The notes under the pieces: model-generated
Database searches by the model: none
The model's input: the letters and a program-made list of their open reading frames with translations, nothing else
What the model was told of the DNA's origin: nothing
Program-made: the position numbers and the translations under genes
Shown here: piece by piece, positions 31,024 through 42,237 of the stretch
Numbering within the stretch: position 1 is the stretch's first letter
Layout: each line of letters begins with the position of its first letter
NCBI GenBank assembly: GCA_050253415.1
Contig: JBFWJC010000008.1
Span: forward strand, 54,499-118,498
DNA length: 64,000 bases
From: Pedobacter sp.
GTDB taxonomy: Bacteria; Desulfobacterota; Desulfuromonadia; Desulfuromonadales; Syntrophotaleaceae
Direction: 5' to 3'

Positions 31024-32379
31024 TCAGTCCTGCAGACACTGCAACAAACCCATGGCCCATTGGCAGGCACCGCAAGGCTCCGGGTTGGTAAAACAGTCCA
31101 CATCGAAATCTTCTTCCTGCACCAGGTCGCAAGGGGCCACACCGCAATTGGAACAGTACGGATAATCGAATTCAACCACATGTTCGCGGAACGTGCGGAA
31201 TTCTTCACTGCGCCAGATATCGAGCAGCGGTTGTCGGTGGACATTGCCAAATACCTTGGGTTTAACCAGTCGATCCCAGTCATTGATATAACAACGATAA
31301 TGATGCCAGAGGTAATAACAAGGGTGCACATCGCCATCCCAGGAGATGAACGCCGAGCCTTTCGTGACAAAGGGACACTCACGTTCGTAACGCGGAGTCA
31401 AAGCCGGCAATTTAATTTCAATCCCCATTTCATCGGCCACCCGTTGCGCTTGGTCAAACACATCCTTGACTTCGGCAAGCAGAGCTTCGTCCCGACGAAT
31501 CAGCTGCATGACATCCATGAAGATATCTTTTTGACGTGCCTCGGCTTTCATGCGATTAACCAATTGATTTACTTTACGCACTTGCGGATCTACCGCACGA
31601 GGCAGGACCTGTTCCTTCTCCCAGACCATATAATCGTAGACCCTGATATCGAATCCTTCGGCAGACAATTGCCGCTTCCATCGCTCGTAAATCTCAACCG
31701 CCGCATCGATGGAATTATCGTAAGTGATCTGGTTGATCCCGGAAATGTCGTAAGGGAGGGCATGACTGACAATAATAAAATCGGCTCCGCGCTGCGCAAC
31801 CCAGCGCACGGTATCCGGCAACTGGTGAAAGTTTTCACGCATGGCAACGAATTCGGTCCCGATTTTGAGCCGGCTGTTCGGCTGCCTCTGGCGGGCTTCG
31901 TTCAGCATCCTGAAGGCCCGGTCCATGTCACTGATATCCTCACCTTCGCGCACCTTGCTGAAGGTCTCGGGCTTGACACCGTCCACCGACAGGCAGATAC
32001 GGTCGAGACCGGCGTCAACCAGATCCCGCGCCCAATTACGATCGATCAACAAACCGTTGGACTGGAACCCGATCCAGGCGTCATCGGGCATCAACCGGCG
32101 AGCCCGCTTCACCCATTCGAGGATATGAGGATGCATCAGCGGTTCGCCGATACCGTTGAGAACCAACGATTCGAGATGGGGGAAAACAGGTTCCAGGGCT
32201 GCAAAGGTCTTCTGCGACATATCCGCATCGATGACCTTGCTGTCCGCCGCCTGCTTGACGCACATGGGACAGCGCAAATTGCAGAAGGTCGTACTTTCAA
32301 CAAACAACTTGCTGGGATATGGACGCAACGCCGCGGACTCAAGACTGGCGGAAGCCTCTTCAGATCTGTTACTATTCAT
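31024..32379 (-). CDS. Radical SAM/SPASM protein (putative metalloenzyme maturase type)
   Basis: CNLRCPMC, GIGEPL, SPASM CPF...GDVHPC...CSNCGVAPC...PCGACQW. Confidence 0.85.
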   Translation of the reverse strand: MNSNRSEEASASLESAALRPYPSKLFVESTTFCNLRCPMCVKQAADSKVIDADMSQKTFAALEPVFPHLESLVLNGIGEPLMHPHILEWVKRARRLMPDDAWIGFQSNGLLIDRNWARDLVDAGLDRICLSVDGVKPETFSKVREGEDISDMDRAFRMLNEARQRQPNSRLKIGTEFVAMRENFHQLPDTVRWVAQRGADFIIVSHALPYDISGINQITYDNSIDAAVEIYERWKRQLSAEGFDIRVYDYMVWEKEQVLPRAVDPQVRKVNQLVNRMKAEARQKDIFMDVMQLIRRDEALLAEVKDVFDQAQRVADEMGIEIKLPALTPRYERECPFVTKGSAFISWDGDVHPCYYLWHHYRCYINDWDRLVKPKVFGNVHRQPLLDIWRSEEFRTFREHVVEFDYPYCSNCGVAPCDLVQEEDFDVDCFTNPEPCGACQWAMGLLQCLQD

Positions 32380-32579
32380 TGTTGTCTCGTCCTCCAAACC
32401 GTTATCCTGTTTTTGTTCAGAATAACCGGTATATCACAGTAAAACCTTGTCTTCGGTCAAGGTTCAACCGATATTCATAGCATAAAGGATAAGGGGGGAA
32501 AAGCGCAAACCACCCGTCCGGTCGACGGGATTCGATGCTTCACTCTTCTTACCGGGCCAGTAAAATGAAGGAGTTAACC

Positions 32580-33845
32580 ATGAAAAGCGCTCTTTTAGGC
32601 GCCTATGTAATCGTATTCTTATGCGATCAAATGCTCGATTGGCTCAATTTGCGTTATCAGCAACGCCATGCCAAACAGATTCCCGCCAGTTTCCAGCGGC
32701 ACTTCGATCATGCCACCGTCGAACGGGCCCTGGCCTATGAAACGGATAAAAAACGTGCGGCGCTTTTTGAAGAAGGACTATCGGCTGTGCTGTTTATCTG
32801 GTTCATGTTCGGAGGCTGGCTACCCCGATACGATACATGGACATCTTCGCTGTCAGGCTCCTTTATAGCGCAGGGTACGCTGTTTTTCCTGGGACTTATA
32901 TGGGCCCGCCAGCTGCTGGACCTGCCCTTTTCCTGGTATCGAAACTTCCGTATCGAAGCCCGTTACGGTTTTAACACCATGTCGCTGCGCCTGTGGCTGT
33001 CTGACGCGGCAAAAAGCACAGTGCTGGCTCTGCTCCTGTATGGACTACTGATCGTCGGCACTTTGTGGCTGGTTCAGGCCAGCCCCCAGGCCTGGTGGCT
33101 CTGGGTATGGGGTTTTATCACTTTTTTCAGCCTGTTCGTGATGGTCATCTCCCCCTACCTCATCGAACCGCTGTTCTTTAAATTCTCCCCCATCGAAAAA
33201 CCCGGTCTGGAAGAACGGATAAGACAAATGGCCAAAAAAGCCGGGCTGCATGCAGGACGTATCTTCAAGGTGGACGCCTCCCGCCGCAGCCGCCACGGCA
33301 ATGCTTATTTTACCGGCCTGGGCCGGCAGAAACGCATCGTACTGTTCGACACCCTGCTGGAACAGATGGAGGATCATCAAACCCTGGCAGTGCTTGCCCA
33401 CGAAATCGGACACTGGAAACATCGGCACATCTCACAACGCCTTATCAGTAGTGCGTTGCTGACCCTTGGTGGCCTGTACCTGTCGGCCCACCTGATCCGC
33501 TGGGGTGGTCTGCCGGGATTATTGCAGCTGCCCTCGGCATCGTTTGCAGCCCAGATCATGATTCTCATGCTGCTTGCCGCACTGGTCAGCTTTCCCCTGG
33601 CCCCCCTGGGCAATATGCTGTCCCGTCGCCATGAGCGCCAGGCGGACCGTTTCGCCTGCAACCTCACCGGGCGCCCCGTCGACCTTGCCGAAGCTCTGAT
33701 CAAGCTGGCGCACGACAATCTGGCCGCCCTTCACCCGCACCCCCTGTATGCCTGGTTTCGCTTCTCGCATCCACCGATTGTCGAGCGGGTGAACGCTTTG
33801 CTGAATACAATGTCAAACCCTGAGCAGAATTCGCAACCGAACTGA
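32580..33845 (+). CDS. M48 (Ste24-like) membrane zinc metalloprotease
   Basis: NAYFTGLG, HEIGH, ERQADRFA, SHPP..ER. Confidence 0.9.
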   Translation: MKSALLGAYVIVFLCDQMLDWLNLRYQQRHAKQIPASFQRHFDHATVERALAYETDKKRAALFEEGLSAVLFIWFMFGGWLPRYDTWTSSLSGSFIAQGTLFFLGLIWARQLLDLPFSWYRNFRIEARYGFNTMSLRLWLSDAAKSTVLALLLYGLLIVGTLWLVQASPQAWWLWVWGFITFFSLFVMVISPYLIEPLFFKFSPIEKPGLEERIRQMAKKAGLHAGRIFKVDASRRSRHGNAYFTGLGRQKRIVLFDTLLEQMEDHQTLAVLAHEIGHWKHRHISQRLISSALLTLGGLYLSAHLIRWGGLPGLLQLPSASFAAQIMILMLLAALVSFPLAPLGNMLSRRHERQADRFACNLTGRPVDLAEALIKLAHDNLAALHPHPLYAWFRFSHPPIVERVNALLNTMSNPEQNSQPN

Positions 33846-33856
33846 AAGGATCACCA

Positions 33857-34483
33857 GTGACAAACCATAACGCCTTCGACAACATGGCCAAGGACTGGGA
33901 CAACAATCCTCGCATCATCAAGATGGCCTGCAATTTTGCCGATCACATCAAACAGCATGTGCCTTTGACCCGCCAAACCAGGGCCCTCGATTTCGGTTGC
34001 GGCACCGGTCAGGTAAGCATGCATCTCCATTCCATAGTGCATTCCGTAGCCATGGTTGATACGTCGGAAGGAATGCTCGACGTGTTGCGCCATAAACTCG
34101 CGAATAACGCCATCGATAACATGCACATTTACAAGGGCGACCTGTTTCAGAGCTCTCTTGCGGAGAATTCATTCGACCTGGCCTACACGCTGATGGCCCT
34201 GCATCATGTCAAACAGGTTTTGCCCGTTTTGCAACGATTTTATAAGTTGCTCAAACCCGGCGGGTATCTCTGTATCGGTGATCTGGAGCCCGAGGATGGC
34301 TCGTTCCATGGCATAGATATGGATGTGCACCCGGGTTTTGATCCAACGGAGTTGCAGACACAGCTTAAGGAAAGCGGCTTTTCCGTTGAACAGGCCTGTC
34401 GCATGATGGTGGTGGAAAAACCGGACGAGAGCGGCATAGACAAACCCTACCCGCTGTTTTTCCTGCTGATGCAAAAGCCCTGA
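33857..34483 (+). CDS. Class I SAM-dependent methyltransferase
   Basis: LDFGCGTG, FDL....ALHH, LKPGG. Confidence 0.9.
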   Translation: MTNHNAFDNMAKDWDNNPRIIKMACNFADHIKQHVPLTRQTRALDFGCGTGQVSMHLHSIVHSVAMVDTSEGMLDVLRHKLANNAIDNMHIYKGDLFQSSLAENSFDLAYTLMALHHVKQVLPVLQRFYKLLKPGGYLCIGDLEPEDGSFHGIDMDVHPGFDPTELQTQLKESGFSVEQACRMMVVEKPDESGIDKPYPLFFLLMQKP

Positions 34484-34488
34484 ACGCC

Positions 34489-34514
34489 GCAGGGGCGGAT
34501 TATCCCGCCCCTGC
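34489..34514. terminator. GC stem-loop between convergent genes
   Basis: GCAGGGGCGG-ATTATC-CCGCCCCTGC. Confidence 0.6.
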
Positions 34515-34553
34515 ATCTGCTATGGATTTTCAATGCTGTCTTCCCCCGGACAA

Positions 34554-35495
34554 TCACCCGAGTTTTTCAAAACGCTCCAACATGATCATACTTTTGGGAA
34601 AACCGATTTCCGCAAGGGATTTCTTCGCGTTTTCGGCCTGCTGGCGACTGGTAAGCTTTTCCAGCCTGATGCAGTAAATCTGGCAATCCCCCATGGGATA
34701 AGCTTTCATGACCGCCGACTGAAAGCGGGTTTGCACTGCGATCAGAACCGCTTCTGCCTTTTCCAGGGTTTTGAATGCAGCAACCTGCACCGTATATTCC
34801 GGCTTGACCTGGTCCGGAGCATATTCCCCGGCTTTGGGGCTGGAACCGTAAATCACCTCGACAGGATTGAAGGGCGGCTTATGTAAGCGCAAAACCTCTT
34901 CCTGTTCCGGGGACAACCACCTTTTGGTAAGACGTTCGCTACGTGCATAACCCAATGCCTGAATCGATATGGGAGCGGTGCCCGTTTCGTAATAGCCCAA
35001 TTCCTTAGCCGCGGCCACGGACAAATCCAGCACCCGGTCCTTGAAATAAGGGCCTCGATCATTCACACGGACAATGACCTCCCGGCCGTTGACCAGGTTG
35101 GTAACCTTGATCCATATCCCTAATGGCAGGGTTTTGTGGGCCGCGGACAGGGCGTTCATATCAAAAATCTCACCGTTGGACGTCTGTCGGCCATGAAACG
35201 GTATCCCGTACCAACTACCAATCCCTTGCTGTATAAACCCGGTACAGTTGAGGATCGGCTCATAGAATCGTTCACCGATTTCATAAACACGCTGCCAACG
35301 CTCCCCCAGCGTCGGCACCACGCAAGAATATTCCGCCTCATCCTGCTGCTGCGTTTCATTGGACATCGCGGCCACTTTTTCGGCGGCGGTTTCGTCACAT
35401 GTGTTCTCCCGCCGTGTCATCGATCCCCCGCCTTGCATAGAAGAACAGCCCACCAACAGCGCAACGGAAGCTGCCGCCATCGCTAAACGCATCAT
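34554..35495 (-). CDS. rlpA: RlpA-family lytic transglycosylase lipoprotein with SPOR domain
   Basis: Lipobox LLVGC; SWYG..FHGRQTSNGE, AAHKTLP, VNDRGP, DLS; VQVAAF SPOR. Confidence 0.85.
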   Translation of the reverse strand: MMRLAMAAASVALLVGCSSMQGGGSMTRRENTCDETAAEKVAAMSNETQQQDEAEYSCVVPTLGERWQRVYEIGERFYEPILNCTGFIQQGIGSWYGIPFHGRQTSNGEIFDMNALSAAHKTLPLGIWIKVTNLVNGREVIVRVNDRGPYFKDRVLDLSVAAAKELGYYETGTAPISIQALGYARSERLTKRWLSPEQEEVLRLHKPPFNPVEVIYGSSPKAGEYAPDQVKPEYTVQVAAFKTLEKAEAVLIAVQTRFQSAVMKAYPMGDCQIYCIRLEKLTSRQQAENAKKSLAEIGFPKSMIMLERFEKLG

Positions 35496-35920
35496 GCGTA
35501 ATCCCTCCATGAAAATCACAACCCCTTCACCGAATACCACCGAACCGATAATACAATCGTAAACCTGCGATGAAAATCATTGCCGCTATTCGCAAAAGAT
35601 TTCAAGTTAGAAATATCATCGTGGAAAACCGGCGTTCAAATACCTTCAAATTTTTCGAGCCTCTCATCGGAATATGTCTCCCGCCCGATTTTTTGGAAAA
35701 AGAAAAAGGGCCTGGAAACTACCGCCCTAATTAAATTATTAGAAACATTTTCTTTACTGTTCAACCAAGGATAGGTTAAAAATATCTACTCTTGCCGATC
35801 CAGATAGATACGAAACAGCTGCTCAGGGGAGATTTCCCTTTTCCGGTGTTCGGTATGTTCCCTGCTGAAGTATCCGCACCTTGGCATGCACAAGATAAGC
35901 TCTCGAAGAAACAGGACTTC

Positions 35921-36910
35921 ATGCAAAATAAACCAGTCATTGATATCCACTGCCACGGAGCCGGCATTGGTGCAGGAAACAGCGGCTGCCGCGTAGCGAA
36001 ACGCTTGCAAAAAAGTTGGAAGTTCCGTTATTACCTCAAAGCCTTCGGCGTCACACTCGAACAACTGGTCCGAGAAGGCGATATGCTGGTGATGCGTTGT
36101 TTGTCGGAGCAGTTAACGGCATCACTGTCGGTGGATAAAGCAGTAATCTTTGCCCTCGACGGCGTCATGGATTCCCAGGGCCGCCTGGATAAACGCCGGA
36201 CAGAGCTGTTTATCCCCGACACATTTATAGAACAAGCATGCGGTAAATATCCCAACCTTCTATTTGGGGCCAGCATCAATCCCTGGAGGCGAAATGCCCT
36301 GGAGTGTCTCGACAAGGCCGCTGCCTCGGGCGCTGTTCTGCTGAAATGGCTTCCATCGATCCAAGGGATCGACCCTGCACATCCTGACCTGATCCCGTTT
36401 TATCGACGCATGGCGGAATTAAGAATGCCCTTGCTGAGCCATACCGGTGAAGAAGCGTCGTTTACCAAGGCCGACAATTCCCTGGCCGACCCGGAGCGAT
36501 TGCGCCTGCCACTTGAACAAGGGGTTACGGTCATTGCAGCACACTGCGCAAGCAATGGGCGCAACGCTGGACAGCATAACTTCGATCGTTTTCTGGGACT
36601 GATGCAATGCTATGAAAATTTCCATGGTGACATCTCCGCCCTGACCCAAATCAACCGACTCGGACAGTTGCAACGTGTTCTTCGCTATCCCGAATGGTAC
36701 GGCCGGCTGCATTACGGCACGGATATGCCGTTACCCCGGACGGGCCTGACATCCCCATGGTTTCAATTGGGCCGTTTGCCTTTTTCCACTATCCGGCGAC
36801 TGGCCGCCCTCAGCAATCCCTGGGACCAGGATCTGCAACTGAAACTGGCCCTTGGCCTGCCACCCCAGGTACTGCACAATACGGCCCAATTGTTGTGCTT
36901 AAAATCTTAG
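35921..36910 (+). CDS. Amidohydrolase-2 family metallohydrolase
   Basis: IDIHCH, SHTG, IAAHC, YGTDMP. Confidence 0.85.
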   Translation: MQNKPVIDIHCHGAGIGAGNSGCRVAKRLQKSWKFRYYLKAFGVTLEQLVREGDMLVMRCLSEQLTASLSVDKAVIFALDGVMDSQGRLDKRRTELFIPDTFIEQACGKYPNLLFGASINPWRRNALECLDKAAASGAVLLKWLPSIQGIDPAHPDLIPFYRRMAELRMPLLSHTGEEASFTKADNSLADPERLRLPLEQGVTVIAAHCASNGRNAGQHNFDRFLGLMQCYENFHGDISALTQINRLGQLQRVLRYPEWYGRLHYGTDMPLPRTGLTSPWFQLGRLPFSTIRRLAALSNPWDQDLQLKLALGLPPQVLHNTAQLLCLKS

Positions 36911-37037
36911 GGCGTTTCGCATCACCCCTGGAGGGGATAAGATTTTTTAAGGATGTTGACCTAAGCAACTTTTGGCGGGTTGTCTGGAATAGTCATGGAC
37001 AGATGTGCTCTCATGGCGGACGCTATCATGCCAAAGA

Positions 37038-40000
37038 TTACGCGTCTTCGGTAAGGGTCGTTATTGAGAGAATTTGCTGGAAGGATTTTTCCATTTCCTC
37101 CGGCGGCACGGGGCGGCTGAACAGATAGCCCTGGACTTCATCGCAGCCCTTGCTCCGGAGAAACTCCATTTGTTCCTCGGTTTCCACCCCTTCGGCGATG
37201 ACCTTCAGGTGCATATTCTGGGCAAGCGCGATAATCGATGAAGCGATTTCAGCGCTTTGCTCATTGGAACAGACATCCCTGACGAAGGAACGATCGATTT
37301 TCAGGTGCGAAATAGGGAATTTCTGCAGATAACTCAAAGAGGAATAGCCTGTTCCGAAATCATCGATAGCGAGGTTTATACCCCGAACCTTAAGATCAGT
37401 GAGGGTCATGATGGACTCTTCGACATCCCCCATGATGACGCTTTCGGTTATTTCCATTTCCAGGTATTTGGGATTAATCTGCGTATCTTGCAGAAGTTGA
37501 TCTACCTTGTCGATGAAATTGGGCTCGTTGAATTGTCGGGCGGATATGTTGACGGAAACCCTCATGGGAGTTTCCCCGACGCTATTCCAAAGCTTGATCT
37601 GGTGACAGGCCGTTCGCAAAACCCAATCCCCTAAAGGAACGATCAAGCCGGTCTCTTCGGCAAGGGGTATGAAATCTCCAGGAGGCACAAGGCCCAGGCT
37701 TGGGTGACACCAGCGAACAAGCGCTTCCGCTCCGACTACCAGTCCGGTGGCGAGGTCGACCTGCGGCTGGTAGTGGAGAACGAACTCCTCCTGCGTCAAC
37801 GCCTGGCGAAGGGCACCCTCCAGAAACAATAATTCCCTGCTCCGTACATTCATCTCCGGACGGTAGAATTGGCAATTGTTGCGCCCCAGTTCTTTGGCGC
37901 GGTACATGGCAACTTCCGCGTATTTGATCAACGTGTCGAGATTATCGCCATCGTTAGGATAGATACTGATACCGATACTCGCGGTCAGATAGAGTTGATG
38001 TCCTTCAAAAGTAAGAGCTTCGGAAAGGTGTTCAAGTATTTTTTGACCTGTGATCAGGGCATTTTGCGGTTCGTCCACATCTTCAAGGATAACGGCGAAT
38101 TCGTCCCCACCGAACCGTGACAGAGTGTCCGACTCTCTGATCTGAGATTTTATGCGGGCGGCTACCTGGCAAAGGATGTGATCACCAATGTCATGTCCAA
38201 GAGAGTCATTTATGGTTTTAAATCGATCAAGATCGAGCAGCAACAAAGCCACCTTCTGCCCGGAGCGCTTTGCTATTGCCAGAATGTGCTGGAGACGGTC
38301 ACAAAAGAGCGCGCGGTTTGGCAGTAGAGTCAACGAATCATAGCTGGCGAGGAAGTTAAGGTGGGATTCCTTTTCCTGCAGACTTTTTTCAGCTTTACGG
38401 TGTTCCAGAGCTATGCTGATGGTAGACGTGAGTGTTTCAAGAAATTTAATGCCGCTCAGATTAAATTTACCGCTCTGGCGATCAATGAGTTGCAGGACCC
38501 CGAACGGTTTTCCTCCGAAACGCAGAGGAATCACAGCCATGGATTGAACCCCTGCATGACAACAGTGATTTAGCGGACACAAAAAAGCCCCCGACTCCAA
38601 CCCGCTGTTTGTCCAAAAACTCCCTCCAAGGGAGAAGGTATCCCCTGATCCCTCGCAGCCAAGCCCGAGGAACACCTTGCCGCACATGGTTTGCGCAAGG
38701 CTGGTCTGGCAGTTTTCCCCAATCGATAGGTGGCAGGGATCAGACGTGTATAACTCCTCGAATCCTAGGGTATTTTCATAAACAAAATCATTCTCCTGCA
38801 CCAATCGCAAAGCCGCCCCTTCAACTCCGGTAAAATCCTTGATCAATTGCAGGATATCGCGAATCTTATCCGTTTTTTTGCTGGGCAGGGCCAGAATCTC
38901 CAATACCTGGCCCGTCAAAAGCTGTCTTTGCTCAGTAAGTTTCTTTTTGGTGATGTCCTGCTTGACGGCTACGAAATTGGTGATGACCCCGTTCGCGTTT
39001 TTCAGGGGGGAAATCAATGCACTTTCCCAAAAGAATTCGCCATTTTTGCGTTTGTTGTGGAATTCACCCCGCCACTCCCGTCCCGCGGTAATGGTTTCCC
39101 AGAGGGTACGATAATATTCATCGGGAAAAGTCCCCCCCTTCAGGAAACGGGGATTTTTCCCCAGAACCTCCTCGGATGCATATCCCGACATCTTGGTAAA
39201 CATGGAGTTGACATACTCAATGTTTCCGGCAGGATCGGTGATAACGACGGAATTCGGACTTTGTTCGGTGGCAAGGGAGAGCTTGTTCAATTGATCGAGC
39301 ATTTGTCTCTGACTGGTTATATCCCTAAAACTCCAGACACGACCTACAATTTGGTCATCAAGCTTTTGGGGCATTGTAAGACACTCAAAAAATTTCCCAT
39401 CCTTAAAGCGAAGCACATCCCAACTTTGTCGTTCGGGATGAGCATACAAATCCCGGACGATTTCCAAAAAGGTTTCAGGTTCATCCAATTTATCTGCAAC
39501 AGAAGACAGCACCGCTTGATTGTCACCTTTATTGATAAGGTCTTCCGGCACTTGCCACATCTCTGAAAACTGCTTGTTGGAGGTCACAATTTCACCTTCA
39601 AGGCTGACCACCAGGATACCGTCACCGGTAGACTCCAGCGTTGCTTCCAGCAAAGAAAGGGAGCCTGAAAGGTGTTCCTCCGCAATTTTTCGGTCCGTGA
39701 TATCGTCAAGGGTCTGGATAACTGCGACCAACTCCCCTTCTGCATTACGAATAGGAGCGGCATTGAAAATGACATAGCGCCTGTTCCCACTAAATTCAGA
39801 CCAGCCCTCCGCAACCAGACCATCAGGCACCAGGGAAGATTGATTGATATTAGTGTAAAAGTCAGGGAGTTCTTTCAGGTTGCCATCAATAACAAAATCA
39901 GCCAGGCACGGGCGTTTATGATCATAAAAAGCCCGCCAATGGCCATCCGTTCCAAGTAGACCCTCAGACCGGACTCCGGTCAATTCCTCACAGGCCCTGT

Positions 40001-41588
40001 TCCATACGATGACGTTATGATTGGCATCCAGAACAAAGGCTGCGGCTGCGGCATTCTGCAGTATTTCCTCCGAAAACCGTTTCTGCTCTTCCAACTCTAT
40101 TTCTGCATGTTTGCGATCACTGATGTCGAGAATTGTTCCTACAAGACCACTAAGGTTACCATCGGGGTCGCTGAAGTTTGCCTTGTAGAAGATAACCTGA
40201 TGAAGCGTTCCATCAGCCCAGAGTAACGAATTTTCATATACCTGAGTCTTTCCGGCACCCATGGCCAATAAATCCGTATCGGCCCGGTGGTACACTTCGG
40301 CAAGATGAGCAGGTGCGATGTCAAAGACCGTCTTACCGATAAGCTCATCTTTGGAAATGCCAATGTACCGTTCAAATGCCTTGTTGCACCCTAAATACCG
40401 GCCTTGCGCATCCTTGAAAAAAACCGGATTCGGCATGACATCGATCAAAACCTGCAAAAAATGAATTTGCTCCTTAAGCGCCCGCGTTTTGGCAGAAAGC
40501 CCGGAGAGCATCTGGTTAAAGGTTGCCGCCAAAGCACCGATCTCGTCCCGGGTGCTTATCTGAATGGAACTTGATGATTCCAGACCGGGGTATGTGAGGA
40601 TCTTCCGGGTCAGATCGCCAAGAGGAGCTGTCAGCCACCACATCAGGCACCAGGTAGTGACTGCGGAAACGAACAACATGACAACCAGGGCGAACAGAAA
40701 GTTACGCCTGGCCTCTCCAACCGGAGCATACGCCTCGACCATGGGGAAATTGGCGGCCAGAATCCAGCCGGTGGTCGGCAACTTCTTGAAAGAGCTTAAG
40801 GCATGCAGCCCTCTGGAAGTGACCGTTTCACCGGTCCCTTCGAAACCTCCCAGAGCCCTGTCGAACATTTTGTTGACCCCCAGGGGAACATCTTGCTTGA
40901 GAATCCGTCTACGGTCCGGATGGACAATAAGAGTTCGTTCCTGGTTGTAAAGGTAAAGGTAGCCGTTTTTCCCAAGCCGAACATCGGCCAGGTGTCCAAG
41001 AAAATTGTTATTCAGTAAATCGATATTACCTGCCAGAATCGCGACAATCTGATCATCTTTGCCGAAAACCGGGGCGGTAAACATGACCACCGGACGTCGG
41101 TTCTCCTGGGTGGAGAAAAATGGCTCGGAGATTTGTGGCGCCCTGGCTTGAAGAGTCTTCTTCAGATACTTCTCAAACGGGCAGTCAGGTGAGCAGGAAT
41201 AGGGATCGTTCGGACTCGATCCAAGAATGACAAATGAAGGAGAGAAAAGAAAAATGCCATTATCAAAAAGAATCTTGTTGTCTGTTTGTTGGTTCAGAAA
41301 GTCCTTGACGTTGGCCGGATCCGAAAGAACTTCCGGCGTCACCCTTTGCGCTATGCCCAAGAGGTGTTCCCGGGTGGCCCTGAGCTTGCCGTCAATTTCT
41401 CTGGCCAAAGACGAAATCAGGGAAAAACTCTGGCTGGATATGGAGTTTTCCAGCTCTTTCCGAAAAAACTGGGAAAAGATAACCCCGGTCGTCGCCAGCA
41501 GGATCGCGACCAGCAAGGTTACGGCTACAGCCATCTTGGTTTTCAGGCTGAATTTAATATTTCGCACAGATACGGATCTCACCTTCAT
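37038..41588 (-). CDS. Cache-HAMP-multiPAS-GAF GGDEF/EAL protein
   Basis: Two TMs flanking Cache; HAMP (RDEIG.LA..FN.M); intact GGDEF, EAL, DDFGTGYSS. Confidence 0.92.
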   Translation of the reverse strand: MKVRSVSVRNIKFSLKTKMAVAVTLLVAILLATTGVIFSQFFRKELENSISSQSFSLISSLAREIDGKLRATREHLLGIAQRVTPEVLSDPANVKDFLNQQTDNKILFDNGIFLFSPSFVILGSSPNDPYSCSPDCPFEKYLKKTLQARAPQISEPFFSTQENRRPVVMFTAPVFGKDDQIVAILAGNIDLLNNNFLGHLADVRLGKNGYLYLYNQERTLIVHPDRRRILKQDVPLGVNKMFDRALGGFEGTGETVTSRGLHALSSFKKLPTTGWILAANFPMVEAYAPVGEARRNFLFALVVMLFVSAVTTWCLMWWLTAPLGDLTRKILTYPGLESSSSIQISTRDEIGALAATFNQMLSGLSAKTRALKEQIHFLQVLIDVMPNPVFFKDAQGRYLGCNKAFERYIGISKDELIGKTVFDIAPAHLAEVYHRADTDLLAMGAGKTQVYENSLLWADGTLHQVIFYKANFSDPDGNLSGLVGTILDISDRKHAEIELEEQKRFSEEILQNAAAAAFVLDANHNVIVWNRACEELTGVRSEGLLGTDGHWRAFYDHKRPCLADFVIDGNLKELPDFYTNINQSSLVPDGLVAEGWSEFSGNRRYVIFNAAPIRNAEGELVAVIQTLDDITDRKIAEEHLSGSLSLLEATLESTGDGILVVSLEGEIVTSNKQFSEMWQVPEDLINKGDNQAVLSSVADKLDEPETFLEIVRDLYAHPERQSWDVLRFKDGKFFECLTMPQKLDDQIVGRVWSFRDITSQRQMLDQLNKLSLATEQSPNSVVITDPAGNIEYVNSMFTKMSGYASEEVLGKNPRFLKGGTFPDEYYRTLWETITAGREWRGEFHNKRKNGEFFWESALISPLKNANGVITNFVAVKQDITKKKLTEQRQLLTGQVLEILALPSKKTDKIRDILQLIKDFTGVEGAALRLVQENDFVYENTLGFEELYTSDPCHLSIGENCQTSLAQTMCGKVFLGLGCEGSGDTFSLGGSFWTNSGLESGAFLCPLNHCCHAGVQSMAVIPLRFGGKPFGVLQLIDRQSGKFNLSGIKFLETLTSTISIALEHRKAEKSLQEKESHLNFLASYDSLTLLPNRALFCDRLQHILAIAKRSGQKVALLLLDLDRFKTINDSLGHDIGDHILCQVAARIKSQIRESDTLSRFGGDEFAVILEDVDEPQNALITGQKILEHLSEALTFEGHQLYLTASIGISIYPNDGDNLDTLIKYAEVAMYRAKELGRNNCQFYRPEMNVRSRELLFLEGALRQALTQEEFVLHYQPQVDLATGLVVGAEALVRWCHPSLGLVPPGDFIPLAEETGLIVPLGDWVLRTACHQIKLWNSVGETPMRVSVNISARQFNEPNFIDKVDQLLQDTQINPKYLEMEITESVIMGDVEESIMTLTDLKVRGINLAIDDFGTGYSSLSYLQKFPISHLKIDRSFVRDVCSNEQSAEIASSIIALAQNMHLKVIAEGVETEEQMEFLRSKGCDEVQGYLFSRPVPPEEMEKSFQQILSITTLTEDA

Positions 41589-42237
41589 CGAAACTCTCGC
41601 CCTGCCCTGTCGCTGATATTTCTACCAAAATGTGCACTGGTTATGCCATCCGGTTAAAATGGCATATGCCAAGGTACTGGCGTTCACGAACAAAGGATCG
41701 TTGTTGGTGCGTGCTATCCGGAAAGAAGGAAACAGGCTATGGAGATCGTTACACGGTACGTCAGGGGAGATAAGGCAGGATATCCCGGTCTTCAAGCTCA
41801 AGCACTCCCCCCATGATAAAAAATGCTTATCTTCTTACCGAAGATCAACAACAAAACCCAGTCCGGGCCATCCGATGTTTCAGATGGCATCCGTCTTTGG
41901 TCCTGCGATTCAATGCTGTCTCAAAATAGCCGAGGCCAGGAGCTTTACCTTGTCGGCTCTATTCGATGCTGTCTTTTCTATAAAAAACCGTTCGAAACGG
42001 TATCAATTCCCTTGCCTGATTGTCAATAATACAACGTTGATCCGGGCATATCCTATCAGTTAAAAACACCCAACTAGCGCGAGCACACAAATAAAACGAT
42101 AGTTTGTCCATACCAGGAAAACCATGACCTAAACTCTGTTCTATAAACCGTTTGCCATCTCACCAAAAGAGGATATTCTGATTTTAAGACCCCACAAAAA
42201 AGAACCCCGGCACAACCAAACGATCCGGAGGCTAAGG

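Noticed and set aside
31060..32442. 460-aa plus-strand ORF
   Set aside because: Antisense shadow of the radical SAM gene
41589..42237. c-di-GMP-I riboswitch near the GGDEF-EAL genes
   Set aside because: Only an isolated GGCAAAC on the minus strand; rest of the consensus absent
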